Source of the DNA: an uncultured Gemmatimonadaceae bacterium
Lineage (GTDB): Bacteria > Gemmatimonadota > Gemmatimonadetes > Gemmatimonadales > Gemmatimonadaceae
NCBI GenBank assembly: GCA_963751275.1
Contig: CAVVTZ010000007.1
Location: 320,001-384,000 of the forward strand
DNA length: 64,000 bases
Direction: 5' to 3'
Position 1 is the first letter of the stretch. Each line of letters opens with the position of its first letter. Position numbers and translations under genes: made by a program. The notes beneath the pieces are model-generated. The model was given only the letters and a program-made list of their open reading frames with translations. It was not told the origin of the DNA and made no database searches. Positions 11,866 to 21,297 of this stretch are shown in pieces.

Positions 11866-13686
11866 TCACCTCGCCTTGCGCGCCGCCACCCACTCGTGGA
11901 TGTGACTCTCGAGAAGTGAGAGCGGGACCGCGCCCTGGCTGAGCACCTGGTCGTGGAACTCGCGAATGTCGAACTTCGGCCCGAGCTCGGTCTGCGCGTA
12001 GGCCTTCAGCTCCTTGATCTTCAGCTCGCCCGTCTTGTAGGCGAGTGCTTGCGCGGGGTCGGAGATGTAGCGGTCCACCTCCACGACGATGTCGCGATCG
12101 GTCTTCGCCGTGTTGGCCGTGAAGAAATCGATCGCCTCCTGCCGCGTCATGCCGAACTGGTGCATGCCCGTATCGATCACGAGCCGCACGGCGCGCCACA
12201 TCTCGTACGTGAGCTGCCCGAACTTCGAATACGGATCCTGGTAGAGCCCGAGGTCGGCGCCGAGGCTCTCGCCATAGAGCGCCCATCCCTCCACGAACGC
12301 CGTGTAGCCGCCGTAGCGGCGGAACTCGGGCACGTTCTCCTGCTCCTGCGCGAGCGCGATCTGCAGATGATGGCCGGGCACCGATTCGTGCAGCGTGAGC
12401 GCTTCCATCTCCCACTTCGGCCGCATGTTCAGCTGGTAGGTGTTCACCATGAACATCCCCGCACGCGGCGCCTTCGGCGCGCCCGGCTGGTAGTACGCGG
12501 TGGTGGCCGACGGCGCGATGTAGTTGGGGATCGTACCCACGCCGTAGGTGAGGCGCGGGAGCTTGCCGAAGAGCTTCACGAGCCCGGGATCGATGCGCTT
12601 GTCGATGTCGCGGTAGCCGCGCACGAGGCTCGCGGAATCGGTGTAATAGAACTGCGGGTCGGTGCGCAGGAACTTCACGAAGTCCTGGAACGTGCCCTTG
12701 AAGCCCGTGGACGCGATGACGCTGTCCATCAGCGCGTGGATGCGCTTCACCTCGGCGAGTCCGATGTCGTGGATCTGCTGCGGCGTGCGGTCGGTGGTGG
12801 TCTCCATGCGCACGTTGTACGCGTACCACGCGTTGCCGTCGGGCAGCGCGCTCATCGCGATCGATTCGCGTGCGCCGGGCACGTAGGTGTTCGCGAGATA
12901 GTCGTGGAACTTCTGGTAGGCGGGCTTCACCTTCGTGGTGTACGCGCTCACGGCCGCGGCGCGCAGGCGCTCCTGGTCGGCGGCCGGGATCCCCAGCGTG
13001 AACTTCTTGAACTGCGTGAGCAGCGGGCTCTTCATCGGATCGTCGGGGATCAGGTCCTGCACCTGCTTCGGCACGTCGCGCAGCGTGATGCGCGGCCACG
13101 TGACGCCGGCGGCGAGCCCCTTCTTGAGCAGCACCGTCGCGTTGTCGAGCACCGTGGGGATCCCGTTCAGTCGCGAGATGATGTTCTCATAGTCGGCAAC
13201 GGTGGCGTTGGGATTGTCCGCCAGCGTCTCGGCGAGCCCCTGCGGGCCGCCGCGCTGCGAGATCGCGAGATACTCGCCGGGGAAGCGCTGTCCCTCGAGG
13301 CCATCGACCACGTCCTTCTTGAAGAGGTCGTAGTTGAGCTGGTCGGCCACGGAGAGCGACGCGCGATCGATCGAGTTGATGACGGTCAGCGGCAGCTTCG
13401 CCTCCTGCTTCCGCCGCGCGATCGCGTCCAGCGAGTTGTCCGTCCAGCGGCCGTTCTGGCCGGGATACCCGGTATAGGTCGCGAATTCCGGATGCTCGAT
13501 GTTGCTCTTCTCCCAGTCGAGCGCGAAGAGCTGATGGAGCCGAACGCTGTCGGCGGTCTGCCCTTTGGCCGCCGCGAGTGCGTTGAAGCGCGCGGCCCAG
13601 TCCTGGTTCGCGGGTTGCTGGGCGGCGGCCGCGAACGTGACGAACGAGGCGGCGATGAGGACGCGGGTGATGACGGTGAAACGCAT
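11866..13686 (-). CDS. DUF885 family secreted metallopeptidase-like protein
   Basis: Signal peptide MRFTVITRVLIAASF; LTLHESVPGHHLQ, AFVEGWALYGE, WRAVRLVIDTGMH, PAQALAYK. Confidence 0.92.
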   Translation of the reverse strand: MRFTVITRVLIAASFVTFAAAAQQPANQDWAARFNALAAAKGQTADSVRLHQLFALDWEKSNIEHPEFATYTGYPGQNGRWTDNSLDAIARRKQEAKLPLTVINSIDRASLSVADQLNYDLFKKDVVDGLEGQRFPGEYLAISQRGGPQGLAETLADNPNATVADYENIISRLNGIPTVLDNATVLLKKGLAAGVTWPRITLRDVPKQVQDLIPDDPMKSPLLTQFKKFTLGIPAADQERLRAAAVSAYTTKVKPAYQKFHDYLANTYVPGARESIAMSALPDGNAWYAYNVRMETTTDRTPQQIHDIGLAEVKRIHALMDSVIASTGFKGTFQDFVKFLRTDPQFYYTDSASLVRGYRDIDKRIDPGLVKLFGKLPRLTYGVGTIPNYIAPSATTAYYQPGAPKAPRAGMFMVNTYQLNMRPKWEMEALTLHESVPGHHLQIALAQEQENVPEFRRYGGYTAFVEGWALYGESLGADLGLYQDPYSKFGQLTYEMWRAVRLVIDTGMHQFGMTRQEAIDFFTANTAKTDRDIVVEVDRYISDPAQALAYKTGELKIKELKAYAQTELGPKFDIREFHDQVLSQGAVPLSLLESHIHEWVAARKAR

Positions 13687-13789
13687 GGAACGCTCCGTGT
13701 AGATCGTGAAGTGATGCCGCGTGAACGTATCCGCCGGCCCAGCGCGGTCAAGGCGCGGCCTCGCGGCGCCGGCGCTACATTTCGCGGCC

Positions 13790-14944
13790 ATGACCGGAAG
13801 AACGGCATTCCTCCTGCTCGCGATGCTACCCGTCGCGATCCACACGCAAACGCCACGAGCGCCCAAGCCGTCCGCGCCCGTGCCGTTCTGCGCGGCCCCG
13901 CCGGCGCCCGCGCCGGATTCCATTGCGCGGCCGCTGCCGCCGCTCGTGCCGACGCCCGATCCGGTACGCGGACTCTATGTGAACCGCTGGGCCGCGATCG
14001 GCACGCGTTTCAACGACCTCATTGCGATCGCCGCGCGCACCGAGGTCAACGCGCTCGTGATCGACGTGAAGGACGACCGCGGGCTCGTGCTCTATCGTTC
14101 GCAGGTGCCGCTCGCCCGCGCCATCGGCGCCGACACGAACCGTCCGCTCCGCGCCGAGCGCCTTCGCGCGGCGCTCGACACCATGCGCGCGCTCGGCATT
14201 TATCCGATCGCGCGCATCGTCGTCGCGAAGGACCCGATCCTCGCCTCCGCACGGCCGGCGTGGGCGATCCGATCGCGGTCCGACACATCGCGCGCCTGGC
14301 ACGACAAGCTGGGGAAGCCATGGCTCGATCCGCACCAGGACGGCCCGTGGCGCTACGCCGCCGATCTCGCCTGTGAGGCGGTGCAGCTCGGCTTCAGCGA
14401 AGTGCAGTTCGACTACGTGCGCTTCCCCGATGAATCGCGTCTCCAGCGCGAAGCGACCTTCCCGCTCGCCGCGGGACGCACGCGCGACCAGGTGATCCAC
14501 ACGCAGCTCGCCACGTTGCGTGACCGCCTGCGCCCGCTCGGCGTGCCGGTGACCGCGGATGTGTTCGGGCTCACCACCACCGACACGACCGGCATGTTCA
14601 TCGGCCAGCGCTGGGAGAGCACGGTGAACACGGTGGACGTGATCCTGCCGATGATGTACCCATCGCACTACCGCCCGGGGATGTACGGACTGAAGAATCC
14701 GAATGCGCATCCCAGTGCGGTGATCACGAACGGCCTGCGCGACGCGCATCGCCGCACCGCCGGCATCGCGGATGCCGCGACGATCCGGCCGTGGTACCAG
14801 GATTTCACGCTGGGGCCGCCGCGATACGGCGCGGCCCAAGTGCGCGCGCAGATCGAGGCGGGGTACAGAATGGGAGTGATGAGCTGGCTGCTGTGGAATC
14901 CGCGGAGCGCATATACCCTTAGCGCGCTCAAGCCGAAGTCCTAG
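13790..14944 (+). CDS. Putative glycoside hydrolase (DUF4015-like TIM barrel), exported
   Basis: VRGLYV, NALVIDVKDDRG, IARIVVAKDP, GFSEVQFDYVRFPD, PMMYPSHY, RPWYQDF, WLLWNP. Confidence 0.82.
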   Translation: MTGRTAFLLLAMLPVAIHTQTPRAPKPSAPVPFCAAPPAPAPDSIARPLPPLVPTPDPVRGLYVNRWAAIGTRFNDLIAIAARTEVNALVIDVKDDRGLVLYRSQVPLARAIGADTNRPLRAERLRAALDTMRALGIYPIARIVVAKDPILASARPAWAIRSRSDTSRAWHDKLGKPWLDPHQDGPWRYAADLACEAVQLGFSEVQFDYVRFPDESRLQREATFPLAAGRTRDQVIHTQLATLRDRLRPLGVPVTADVFGLTTTDTTGMFIGQRWESTVNTVDVILPMMYPSHYRPGMYGLKNPNAHPSAVITNGLRDAHRRTAGIADAATIRPWYQDFTLGPPRYGAAQVRAQIEAGYRMGVMSWLLWNPRSAYTLSALKPKS

Positions 14945-14961
14945 CGCCCCCAATTACTACA

Positions 14962-15139
14962 GGCGAACCCCGTACTCCGTACTTGGTCCCCCGAACTCCG
15001 CCATTGGCCACTGAGGTGTGGTAACGGCTCGGGCGTACTTGGCGTTGCGTGAACACCATGCCAGCAACGCCGTCGCTCTTACCACACGTCAAGCGCCAAT
15101 GGCGGAGTTCGGGGGACCAAGTACGGAGTTCGGGTCGCC
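14962..15139. repeat. About 180-nt hairpin between convergent genes (35-bp perfect arms)
   Basis: 14974-15008 is the reverse complement of 15095-15129; inner stems gtgtggtaa/ttaccacac and ggcgttgc/gcaacgcc. Confidence 0.85.
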
Positions 15140-15150
15140 AATGGCGCTCG

Positions 15151-15975
15151 TTAGCCCTTCTGCAACCAAGGCGCGAGTATTTCCGCCACTGATTCGGGCG
15201 CCGTTTCGGGTGGATAGTGCATTACATCCGGCAGCACATGGAGCGTCGACTTGGGGATCGTCTGCTCCAGCCGCATGCCGATCGACAGCGGAAGGAACGG
15301 ATCGTCGGCGCCCCAAATGATCGCCGTCGGGATCTTGAGCTTCTTCAACCCCGGCACGAGCGCCTCGGTCTCCGCCGAGTCCAGTGCGCCGACGTGCGCG
15401 ATGAGCGCCTCGCGGCCCCCTGGCGTCTCGAACGGACGAAGATACATGTCCACCGAATGGGCGCCGTGTTCTTCCTCCTCGTACGCTCCCTTCAGCGCGC
15501 GCCGGAGCATCGACATCATCGGTTTGACGGGCAGCCGTTTCGCGAACGGGATTCCGGCCTTCGCCGTCTTGAGCGCGGCCGGCGGCCACTCATCGAAACC
15601 CACCGTGGAGATGAGCGCGAGGCGCGACACGCGCGCCGGATGCTCCACCGCGAGATACTGCGCGATGCCGCCGCCCAGGTCGTGCCCCACGAGCGCGCAG
15701 CGCGCGATCTTCATCGCATCCAGGAACCCGATGAGCCGCGCGGCGTGGCCGGCGATGCTCATGTCCTGCGTGCCCGGCCGGTCGCTGCGCCCGTAGCCGA
15801 GCAGGTCGAGCACCACCGCGCGATAGCCCGCCGGCATGAGCGGCACCACGTCGCGCCAGAGGTGCGATGATGCGGGAAAGCCGTGCAGGAAGATGACCGG
15901 GTCGCCCTTTCCCCTCGTGCCGGCCGCGTAGTAGTACAGCCGCGCGCCGGCGACCTCGACGAATTCCCCTCTCAA
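15151..15975 (-). CDS. Alpha/beta fold hydrolase
   Basis: TTG start overlapping the upstream TGA; FLHGFP, DLLGYGRS, GHDLGG nucleophile elbow, WGADDPF, MHYPPE. Confidence 0.88.
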   Translation of the reverse strand: MRGEFVEVAGARLYYYAAGTRGKGDPVIFLHGFPASSHLWRDVVPLMPAGYRAVVLDLLGYGRSDRPGTQDMSIAGHAARLIGFLDAMKIARCALVGHDLGGGIAQYLAVEHPARVSRLALISTVGFDEWPPAALKTAKAGIPFAKRLPVKPMMSMLRRALKGAYEEEEHGAHSVDMYLRPFETPGGREALIAHVGALDSAETEALVPGLKKLKIPTAIIWGADDPFLPLSIGMRLEQTIPKSTLHVLPDVMHYPPETAPESVAEILAPWLQKG

Positions 15976-18029
15976 ACGGCGGCCAGCGGCCGCTCCGCAT
16001 GCCACTCCACGATCTTCCCGGCGATGGCGGAGGCGGCCACGGTGTAGGGCGACGCGAGGTAGAGCTGCCCCGGGCCCGACCGGCCGGGGAAGTTCCGGTT
16101 GATCGCGGAGATCGTGACCTCGTTCTTCGTGCGCGACACGCCCGGTCCCGCGTTGATGCACGCGCCGCAACACGGTTCGATGAACGTCGCGCCCACCGCG
16201 GCGAACGTCCTGTCGTAGCCCTGCTCGCGGCAGTACGCGAACACCTCCTGCGAGCCGCACTGGATGAAGCACTGCACGCCCTCGTGCACCCGCTCGCCGC
16301 GCTCGAGCGCCTCGCGGAAGACGCGCGCGTACATGTCCATGTCCTCCTTCTTCCCGGCGGTGCACGAGCCGGCGTAGGCGATGTCCACTTTCACGTCGCC
16401 TCGAGCTCGTCGACGTACATGCCGTTCCCCGGATCGCCCGGCAGCGCGATCATCGGCCGCAGCGCGCCGGCGTCGATCTCGATCACCTTCACGTACTCGG
16501 CGCCGGCATCCGAGAAGAGCCCCTCGCACAGCGCGCGCGCGGCGGCCGCCGTCATCCCGCGCTGCGCGACGAGGTACTCGACGGTCTTCTCGTCGGGCGC
16601 GATGATCCCCGTGAAGGCGCCGACCTCGGCCGCCATGTTGGTCATCGTCGCGCGCTCGTCCACCGAGAGCGACTGCACGGCTTCGCCCGCGTACTCGACG
16701 ATCTGGCCGATCGCCTCGCCGTTCTTGATGTACGGATGGCGCAGGATCTCGAGCATGAAATCCTTGGCCGTCACGTTGTCCGGCTTCCGCCCCTTCACCA
16801 GCACCTTGAACGATTTCGGGACCTCCACGCGCACGTCCTTCGTGATCCACGAATTGAAGATCGCCGTGGTGCCCACGCCGAATGCGATGCAGCCCACCGC
16901 GCCGGCGTGCGGCGTGTGCGAATCGCTGCCGATGATGATCTGCCCCGGCAGCGCATGCGCCTCGAGGATCTTGCTGTGGCAGATCGCCTCGGAGCCGGCG
17001 GAGTTGAGCGCGCCCATCAGGTTCAGCCGCTTGTCGAGCTGCCCGTAGAGCTTGATGCCCTTGGCCGCGGCGAACTCGCGCTGCTTCTGCTCGAGCTGGT
17101 TCGCGACGTCGAGCAATCCCATCTCGACGTGCTCCGGCCGCATCACCTGGTCGAGGAAGGTGAGATGGTCGCGGAAGAAGAACACCGACGAGGGATCGTT
17201 GATCGGCTCGTCCTTGCCCACCAGCTCCTCGAAGAAGATCGCCGACATCGGCGTCACGTACTCGTGGCTGAAGCGGATGTCGGTCTGCACGAACCCTTCG
17301 TCGCCCGGGCGCACGGCGGGAATCGCCCGTCTGCCCCGCGGCCGCGTCGCGCACCCAGTGCTTCGCGAAGATCTTCTCCGCGATCGTCATCGGACGCGGC
17401 GCGGTGGTGATCGCCGGCACCGCCACCTTCCCCTGCAGCCGCGCCACGTTGTAGTTGAACAGCCCGCCGTACTCGATGATGCCGCGCGTGATCTCGCCCT
17501 CGCCCTTCGTGAACTCGGTGAGCGGGATCTCCTCGCCGCGGCGCACCCGCTCGATCAGCCCGAAGTCCGTGCTCGCGAACACGCCGAGGTTCTGGCAGTT
17601 CTCGCGGTAGATGCGCTCGATGTTCTCGGCGATCACCAGCTTGATCCCCGCCATCATCTCCGCGTAGGGCGACTGCTCGCGCGATGAGCCTTTGCCGCGG
17701 CGCTTGCCCGACACGCTCACCACGAAGCCGCCCTTCTTGACCGAGCCGCGTGTGACCGGGAATTCCTCGCCGCACTTGAGGCCAAGGTACGGGAATTCGC
17801 CCAGCGTCTCGTCGAAGTAGTAGCAGATGTACGCGGGGGTTATTTCGTCGGTGCTGATATTGTCGCGCAGGGACAGCGTCTGGTCACCCAGCGTATGGTA
17901 CGGCAGGTCCTCGCCCGCGAGCTGGCGGCGCACGAGCTCCGGATCGGTCGCGAGGAAGAGCACGCGGCCGTCGAAACGCATCCGGTCGGGGACCTTCGAG
18001 ACGGGACGGGCGAGCAGACTCTTGATCAT
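15972..18029 (-). CDS. Aconitase-family dehydratase: LeuD-like swivel domain fused N-terminally to a LeuC-like large domain (frameshifts near 17330 and 16395)
   Basis: ISTDEITP and GKGSSREQSP (swivel); GSDSHT, TMTNMAAEVGA, YAGSCTAG, EPCCGACI, NRNFPGRSG, YLASP across three frames. Confidence 0.85.
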   Translation of the reverse strand: MIKSLLARPVSKVPDRMRFDGRVLFLATDPELVRRQLAGEDLPYHTLGDQTLSLRDNISTDEITPAYICYYFDETLGEFPYLGLKCGEEFPVTRGSVKKGGFVVSVSGKRRGKGSSREQSPYAEMMAGIKLVIAENIERIYRENCQNLGVFASTDFGLIERVRRGEEIPLTEFTKGEGEITRGIIEYGGLFNYNVARLQGKVAVPAITTAPRPMTIAEKIFAKHWVRDAAAGQTGDSRRAPGRRRVRADRHPLQPRVRDADVGDLLRGAGGQGRADQRSLVGVLLPRPSHLPRPGDAAGARRDGIARRREPARAEAARVRRGQGHQALRAARQAAEPDGRAQLRRLRGDLPQQDPRGACAAGADHHRQRFAHAARRRGGLHRIRRGHHGDLQFVDHEGRARGGPEIVQGAGEGAEAGQRDGQGFHARDPAPSVHQERRGDRPDRRVRGRSRAVALGGRARDDDQHGGRGRRLHGDHRARREDRRVPRRAARDDGGRRARAVRGALLGCRRRVREGDRDRRRRAAADDRAAGRSGERHVRRRARGDVKVDIAYAGSCTAGKKEDMDMYARVFREALERGERVHEGVQCFIQCGSQEVFAYCREQGYDRTFAAVGATFIEPCCGACINAGPGVSRTKNEVTISAINRNFPGRSGPGQLYLASPYTVAASAIAGKIVEWHAERPLAAV

Positions 18030-18061
18030 GAGCAGGGGCGGGAGGATTCTTCCAAGATACC

Positions 18062-18228
18062 TGAAAGGCGCGTGTGGCGACTAGTACCGCTCGAGGAGCG
18101 CGTCTAGGAGGCAGCGTGTAGTACGGCAGGGCGGGAGTAGCTGCCGCAGCCACTCCCGCCCTGTCGTACTACACGCTGCCTACCAGACGCGCTGTTTCAG
18201 CTGTACTAGCTGCTACACGCGCCTTTCA
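18062..18228. repeat. About 165-nt imperfect hairpin
   Basis: Nested arms tgaaaggcgcgtgt/acacgcgcctttca, ctagtac/gtactag, aggcagcgtgtagtacggcagggcgggagt/actcccgccctgtcgtactacacgctgcct. Confidence 0.85.
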
Positions 18229-18234
18229 ATCCGT

Positions 18235-18744
18235 CTAGATCACGCCGCGGTAGCCGCGGTACCCGCGATTCGCGTGTGGGTGCGGGCCCATGCTCCCGCG
18301 ACCCATGCGGCCGTAGTTCATCCCGCCGCGGCCCATTCCGCGGTAGCCGGCGCGACCGCGCGGCATGCCACGGTACTGCATCCGGCCATAGTTCGCGCGC
18401 CCGTAGCGCATCGCGCCGTAATTCATCCGGCCGTAACCCGCGCGGCCGTAGTGCATCGCTCCGTAGTTCATCCGGCCGTAGCTCGCGCGGCCATAGTTTG
18501 CGCGGCCGTAGCGCATTTGCGCACCGTATCTTTTGCCCGCTCGCCCCGGCCCACGATACCAGGAATTCGCGCCAACACGCTGCCACTGGTAGCCGCGCAT
18601 CGCCTGGCGCTGTCCGCCGTGGCGCTGAACTGGTGTGGCAACGGTCGCCGGTGCCGGGGTCGTGGCAGTCGCCTGCGCGAGCGCCGGTGTCGCGACAGCC
18701 GCTGCGATCGCGGTGCTGAGTACCATCGAAACGATGCGCTTCAT
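18235..18744 (-). CDS. Secreted low-complexity Tyr-Gly-Arg/Met pentapeptide-repeat protein
   Basis: Sec signal MKRIVSMVLSTAIAAAVATPALA-Q; GGAGAGAG RBS; about 10 YG(R/A)(A/M)x repeats. Confidence 0.8.
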   Translation of the reverse strand: MKRIVSMVLSTAIAAAVATPALAQATATTPAPATVATPVQRHGGQRQAMRGYQWQRVGANSWYRGPGRAGKRYGAQMRYGRANYGRASYGRMNYGAMHYGRAGYGRMNYGAMRYGRANYGRMQYRGMPRGRAGYRGMGRGGMNYGRMGRGSMGPHPHANRGYRGYRGVI

Positions 18745-18811
18745 GATCTCTCTCCGTTAATGCCTGTCGTGCAGTACGTGCGCTGCACGACGAACGATGA
18801 ACGCTGTTGAG

Positions 18812-18840
18812 TCAGACGGAGCCTGCCGCCCAACGTTAAG
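18812..18840 (-). promoter_or_regulatory. Possible ECF sigma promoter (TTAAC-N16-CGTCTGA)
   Basis: AAC-N16-CGTC spacing typical of ECF promoters, about 70 nt upstream of the YGR-repeat gene. Confidence 0.3.
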
Positions 18841-18955
18841 AGGCACTAGCGTTTGCGACAAAACGTGCTAGACTTACCCCGCGTCCTGGCCTGTTCTCCG
18901 GCTCTTGGCGTATCCTGTTGTCTGACAACGACTTAATTGCAAAACCGAGGGTTCC

Positions 18956-20089
18956 TTGACCCTGCCGATGTCCCCGCCTCAGCCCGCCAAGCCTGAGGTA
19001 GTCGAGCCCGCGAGCGTGAATTTCCCGCTGAGCTGGCTTCTGGAGAATGGATCAGTACCGATACAGTATCGCGCCATAACAGAGGTGGCGCGCGGAACGT
19101 TGACGGAGCCGCAGAAGCTCTCGATCCTTCCTTACTCGTATCCGCCGGCCATCCAGCTCGCGCTCACGCAACGCCCCGATGGCACCTGGAATGGCGAGAT
19201 GCTGTCCATTCCCGCCGCGCGCTCCGAGCAGCACGAGGGCATTGGCACGATCATCGCCGTGCGCCGCCTCATCGAATACGGCTGGGACAAGGAGTCGCCG
19301 CCGCTCCTGCTCGCGCGACGCGCGCTCTTCCGGCTGCTCGCCGAGGACGAGGACCCGGCATTCCTCTACGAGCTCGCCGGCAAGGGGAAGATGGACCCCG
19401 AGGCGGTGCGCGTCGGACGCGGGATCCTGCGCGAAGCGGCCGCGGCCGTGCTCGCACAGGCGGGCTACGAGAACGATCCGCGCCTGCGCGGAGTCGCGCG
19501 GCGCATGGTCGAGCGGCTCGACGTCTTCCTGCGCAGTCCGCACGCCGCGAAGCCCTTCGCGCGCGTGGGCAACCAGCACGTGCTCGTGCCCGAGGCCGCT
19601 CCGCCCTCGGTGCACACCCTCATGATGCTCGCGCACATGCCGCTCTTCCGCAGCGAGCACTACGGCACGCTCGACAAGCTGTACAACTACCTCACGCAGC
19701 CGGTGCCGCGCGCCACCGCGGCGATGCGCGTCGGCCGCAAGGTGATCGAGATGCCGCATCTCGTCATGGGCGATCCGCTGCCCCACCGCAACGCCGCCGA
19801 CGTGGACGTGCCCGGCGCGCTCTGGTGGCTCGAGATGCTCTCGCGGCTCGGCTTCCTCCGCCGGAACGAGAATTGGTCGAAGCTCTACGACCGCTTCCTC
19901 GACGACTGCGACAACCGCGGCGTGTGGGAGCCGCCCAAGCGCGCGGCGGTGATGAAGTCGGCCAATCCCTTCGTGTGGCCGAGCTTCCCGCTCGAGCCGC
20001 ACGCGACGGCCGAGGACAGGCTCGCCAATGTCACCTTCCGGCTGGGGCTCATCGGCCGGTACGCGGGCAGGGGACTGAAGGTCGGTTGA
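18956..20089 (+). CDS. Hypothetical protein (possible alpha/alpha-toroid, prenyltransferase-repeat-like)
   Basis: Clean 377-aa ORF with normal codon usage; QRPDGTW and DNRGVW resemble QxxDGxW repeats. Confidence 0.7.
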   Translation: MTLPMSPPQPAKPEVVEPASVNFPLSWLLENGSVPIQYRAITEVARGTLTEPQKLSILPYSYPPAIQLALTQRPDGTWNGEMLSIPAARSEQHEGIGTIIAVRRLIEYGWDKESPPLLLARRALFRLLAEDEDPAFLYELAGKGKMDPEAVRVGRGILREAAAAVLAQAGYENDPRLRGVARRMVERLDVFLRSPHAAKPFARVGNQHVLVPEAAPPSVHTLMMLAHMPLFRSEHYGTLDKLYNYLTQPVPRATAAMRVGRKVIEMPHLVMGDPLPHRNAADVDVPGALWWLEMLSRLGFLRRNENWSKLYDRFLDDCDNRGVWEPPKRAAVMKSANPFVWPSFPLEPHATAEDRLANVTFRLGLIGRYAGRGLKVG

Positions 20090-20162
20090 ACCTCCCGCTG
20101 AAAAACGCTTCACGTTCAGCGCGCCTCGTGCCTCGATCCGGCCGTTCGAGGCACGAGGCACG

Positions 20163-21038
20163 ATGAGCGCGAAACGCCTCACCGCCGCCGAGATGTACCC
20201 GGCCGGCGTCCCGGGCATCTCGGCGCGCTTCATCAAGACCGCATCGGGCATCCGCGTGCGCATCATTGAATCGGGGCCGGACGACGGGCCGCCGATCGTG
20301 CTGCTCACCGGCTGGGGCGGCTGCGTCTACGCCTATCGCAAGAACATCCCGGCGCTCGCGGCCGCGGGGCTGCGCGTGATCGCCGTGGACATGAAGGGGC
20401 AGGGGCTGAGCGACAAGCCGTCGGACCCCGCCGAGTACACGCTGCCGAGCATGACATCGCACGTGCTCGAGGTGCTCGACGCGCTCGGCCTGAAGAAGCT
20501 GCGGCTCGTGGGGCAGAGCATGGCGGGCAAGATCGCGGCGCAGGTCGCGCTCGAGGCGCCAGCCCGCGTGGAGCGGCTGGCGCTCATCGGCGCGGTGGGC
20601 GTGGGGCGCGTGACCGGATTGTCCTTCGTCAAATACCTGCCGATGCGCTCGTTCGACCTGCTCGACTCGGTCACCTCGCGGTGGACCTTTCGCGCGGTGC
20701 TGGAGCGCGCCTACGGATCGCTCGCACGACCCACCGCGCGCGACACCGAGGAGTACTTCGCGCCCACCGCCGACCCCAATTTCGTGCGCGCGCTCTTCCT
20801 GCTGCTGAAGGAGTTCGACTGGCGCCTGTTCACCCCCGAGGAGCTCGCGCGCTTCTCGATGCCGGTGCTGATCATCGCCGGCACCGAGGAGCGGATCGTG
20901 ACGTCGGACCGCGCCGAGCGCGTCGCGGCGCGGATGCCCGATGCACGGGTGGTGCTGGTGCAGGGGGCGGGGCACGTCGTGAACGAGGAGGCGCCGGAGC
21001 AGTCGAACCAGGCGCTCGTGGCGTTCTTCGCGCCGTAG
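20163..21038 (+). CDS. Alpha/beta fold hydrolase
   Basis: LLTGWGG, DMKGQGLSDKP, GQSMAG, GAGHVVNEE. Confidence 0.88.
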   Translation: MSAKRLTAAEMYPAGVPGISARFIKTASGIRVRIIESGPDDGPPIVLLTGWGGCVYAYRKNIPALAAAGLRVIAVDMKGQGLSDKPSDPAEYTLPSMTSHVLEVLDALGLKKLRLVGQSMAGKIAAQVALEAPARVERLALIGAVGVGRVTGLSFVKYLPMRSFDLLDSVTSRWTFRAVLERAYGSLARPTARDTEEYFAPTADPNFVRALFLLLKEFDWRLFTPEELARFSMPVLIIAGTEERIVTSDRAERVAARMPDARVVLVQGAGHVVNEEAPEQSNQALVAFFAP

Positions 21039-21297
21039 CGCCAACGCGGTGCGACCCGTTACATTATCCAAGCTCGCATCGAGCTGAAGACTGCGTTCTT
21101 CGCACTCGCGCAGGCCGCCCGCAAACGCGGAGCGGGGATATGAGAGTGCCTCAGGTCGCTGGACCGCACGAGACCTCGTTCATACGACTGGATCCGCGCG
21201 GGTGCCGCAGCGCAATTGCGCCGCGGCAAAAAAATCGAGTGCCGGCGCAGCGCCGCGAAAGCGGCTTGGCGAGCGACCACGGCACCGTGAGAGTGAA

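Noticed and set aside
18340..18530. 15-nt periodic repeats as a possible CRISPR array
   Set aside because: No unique spacers; the period equals five codons of the YGR protein; no cas genes.
21100..21200. c-di-GMP-I riboswitch suggested by GCAAAC
   Set aside because: The downstream GAAA tetraloop / GACGCAAAGC core is not present in the required arrangement.
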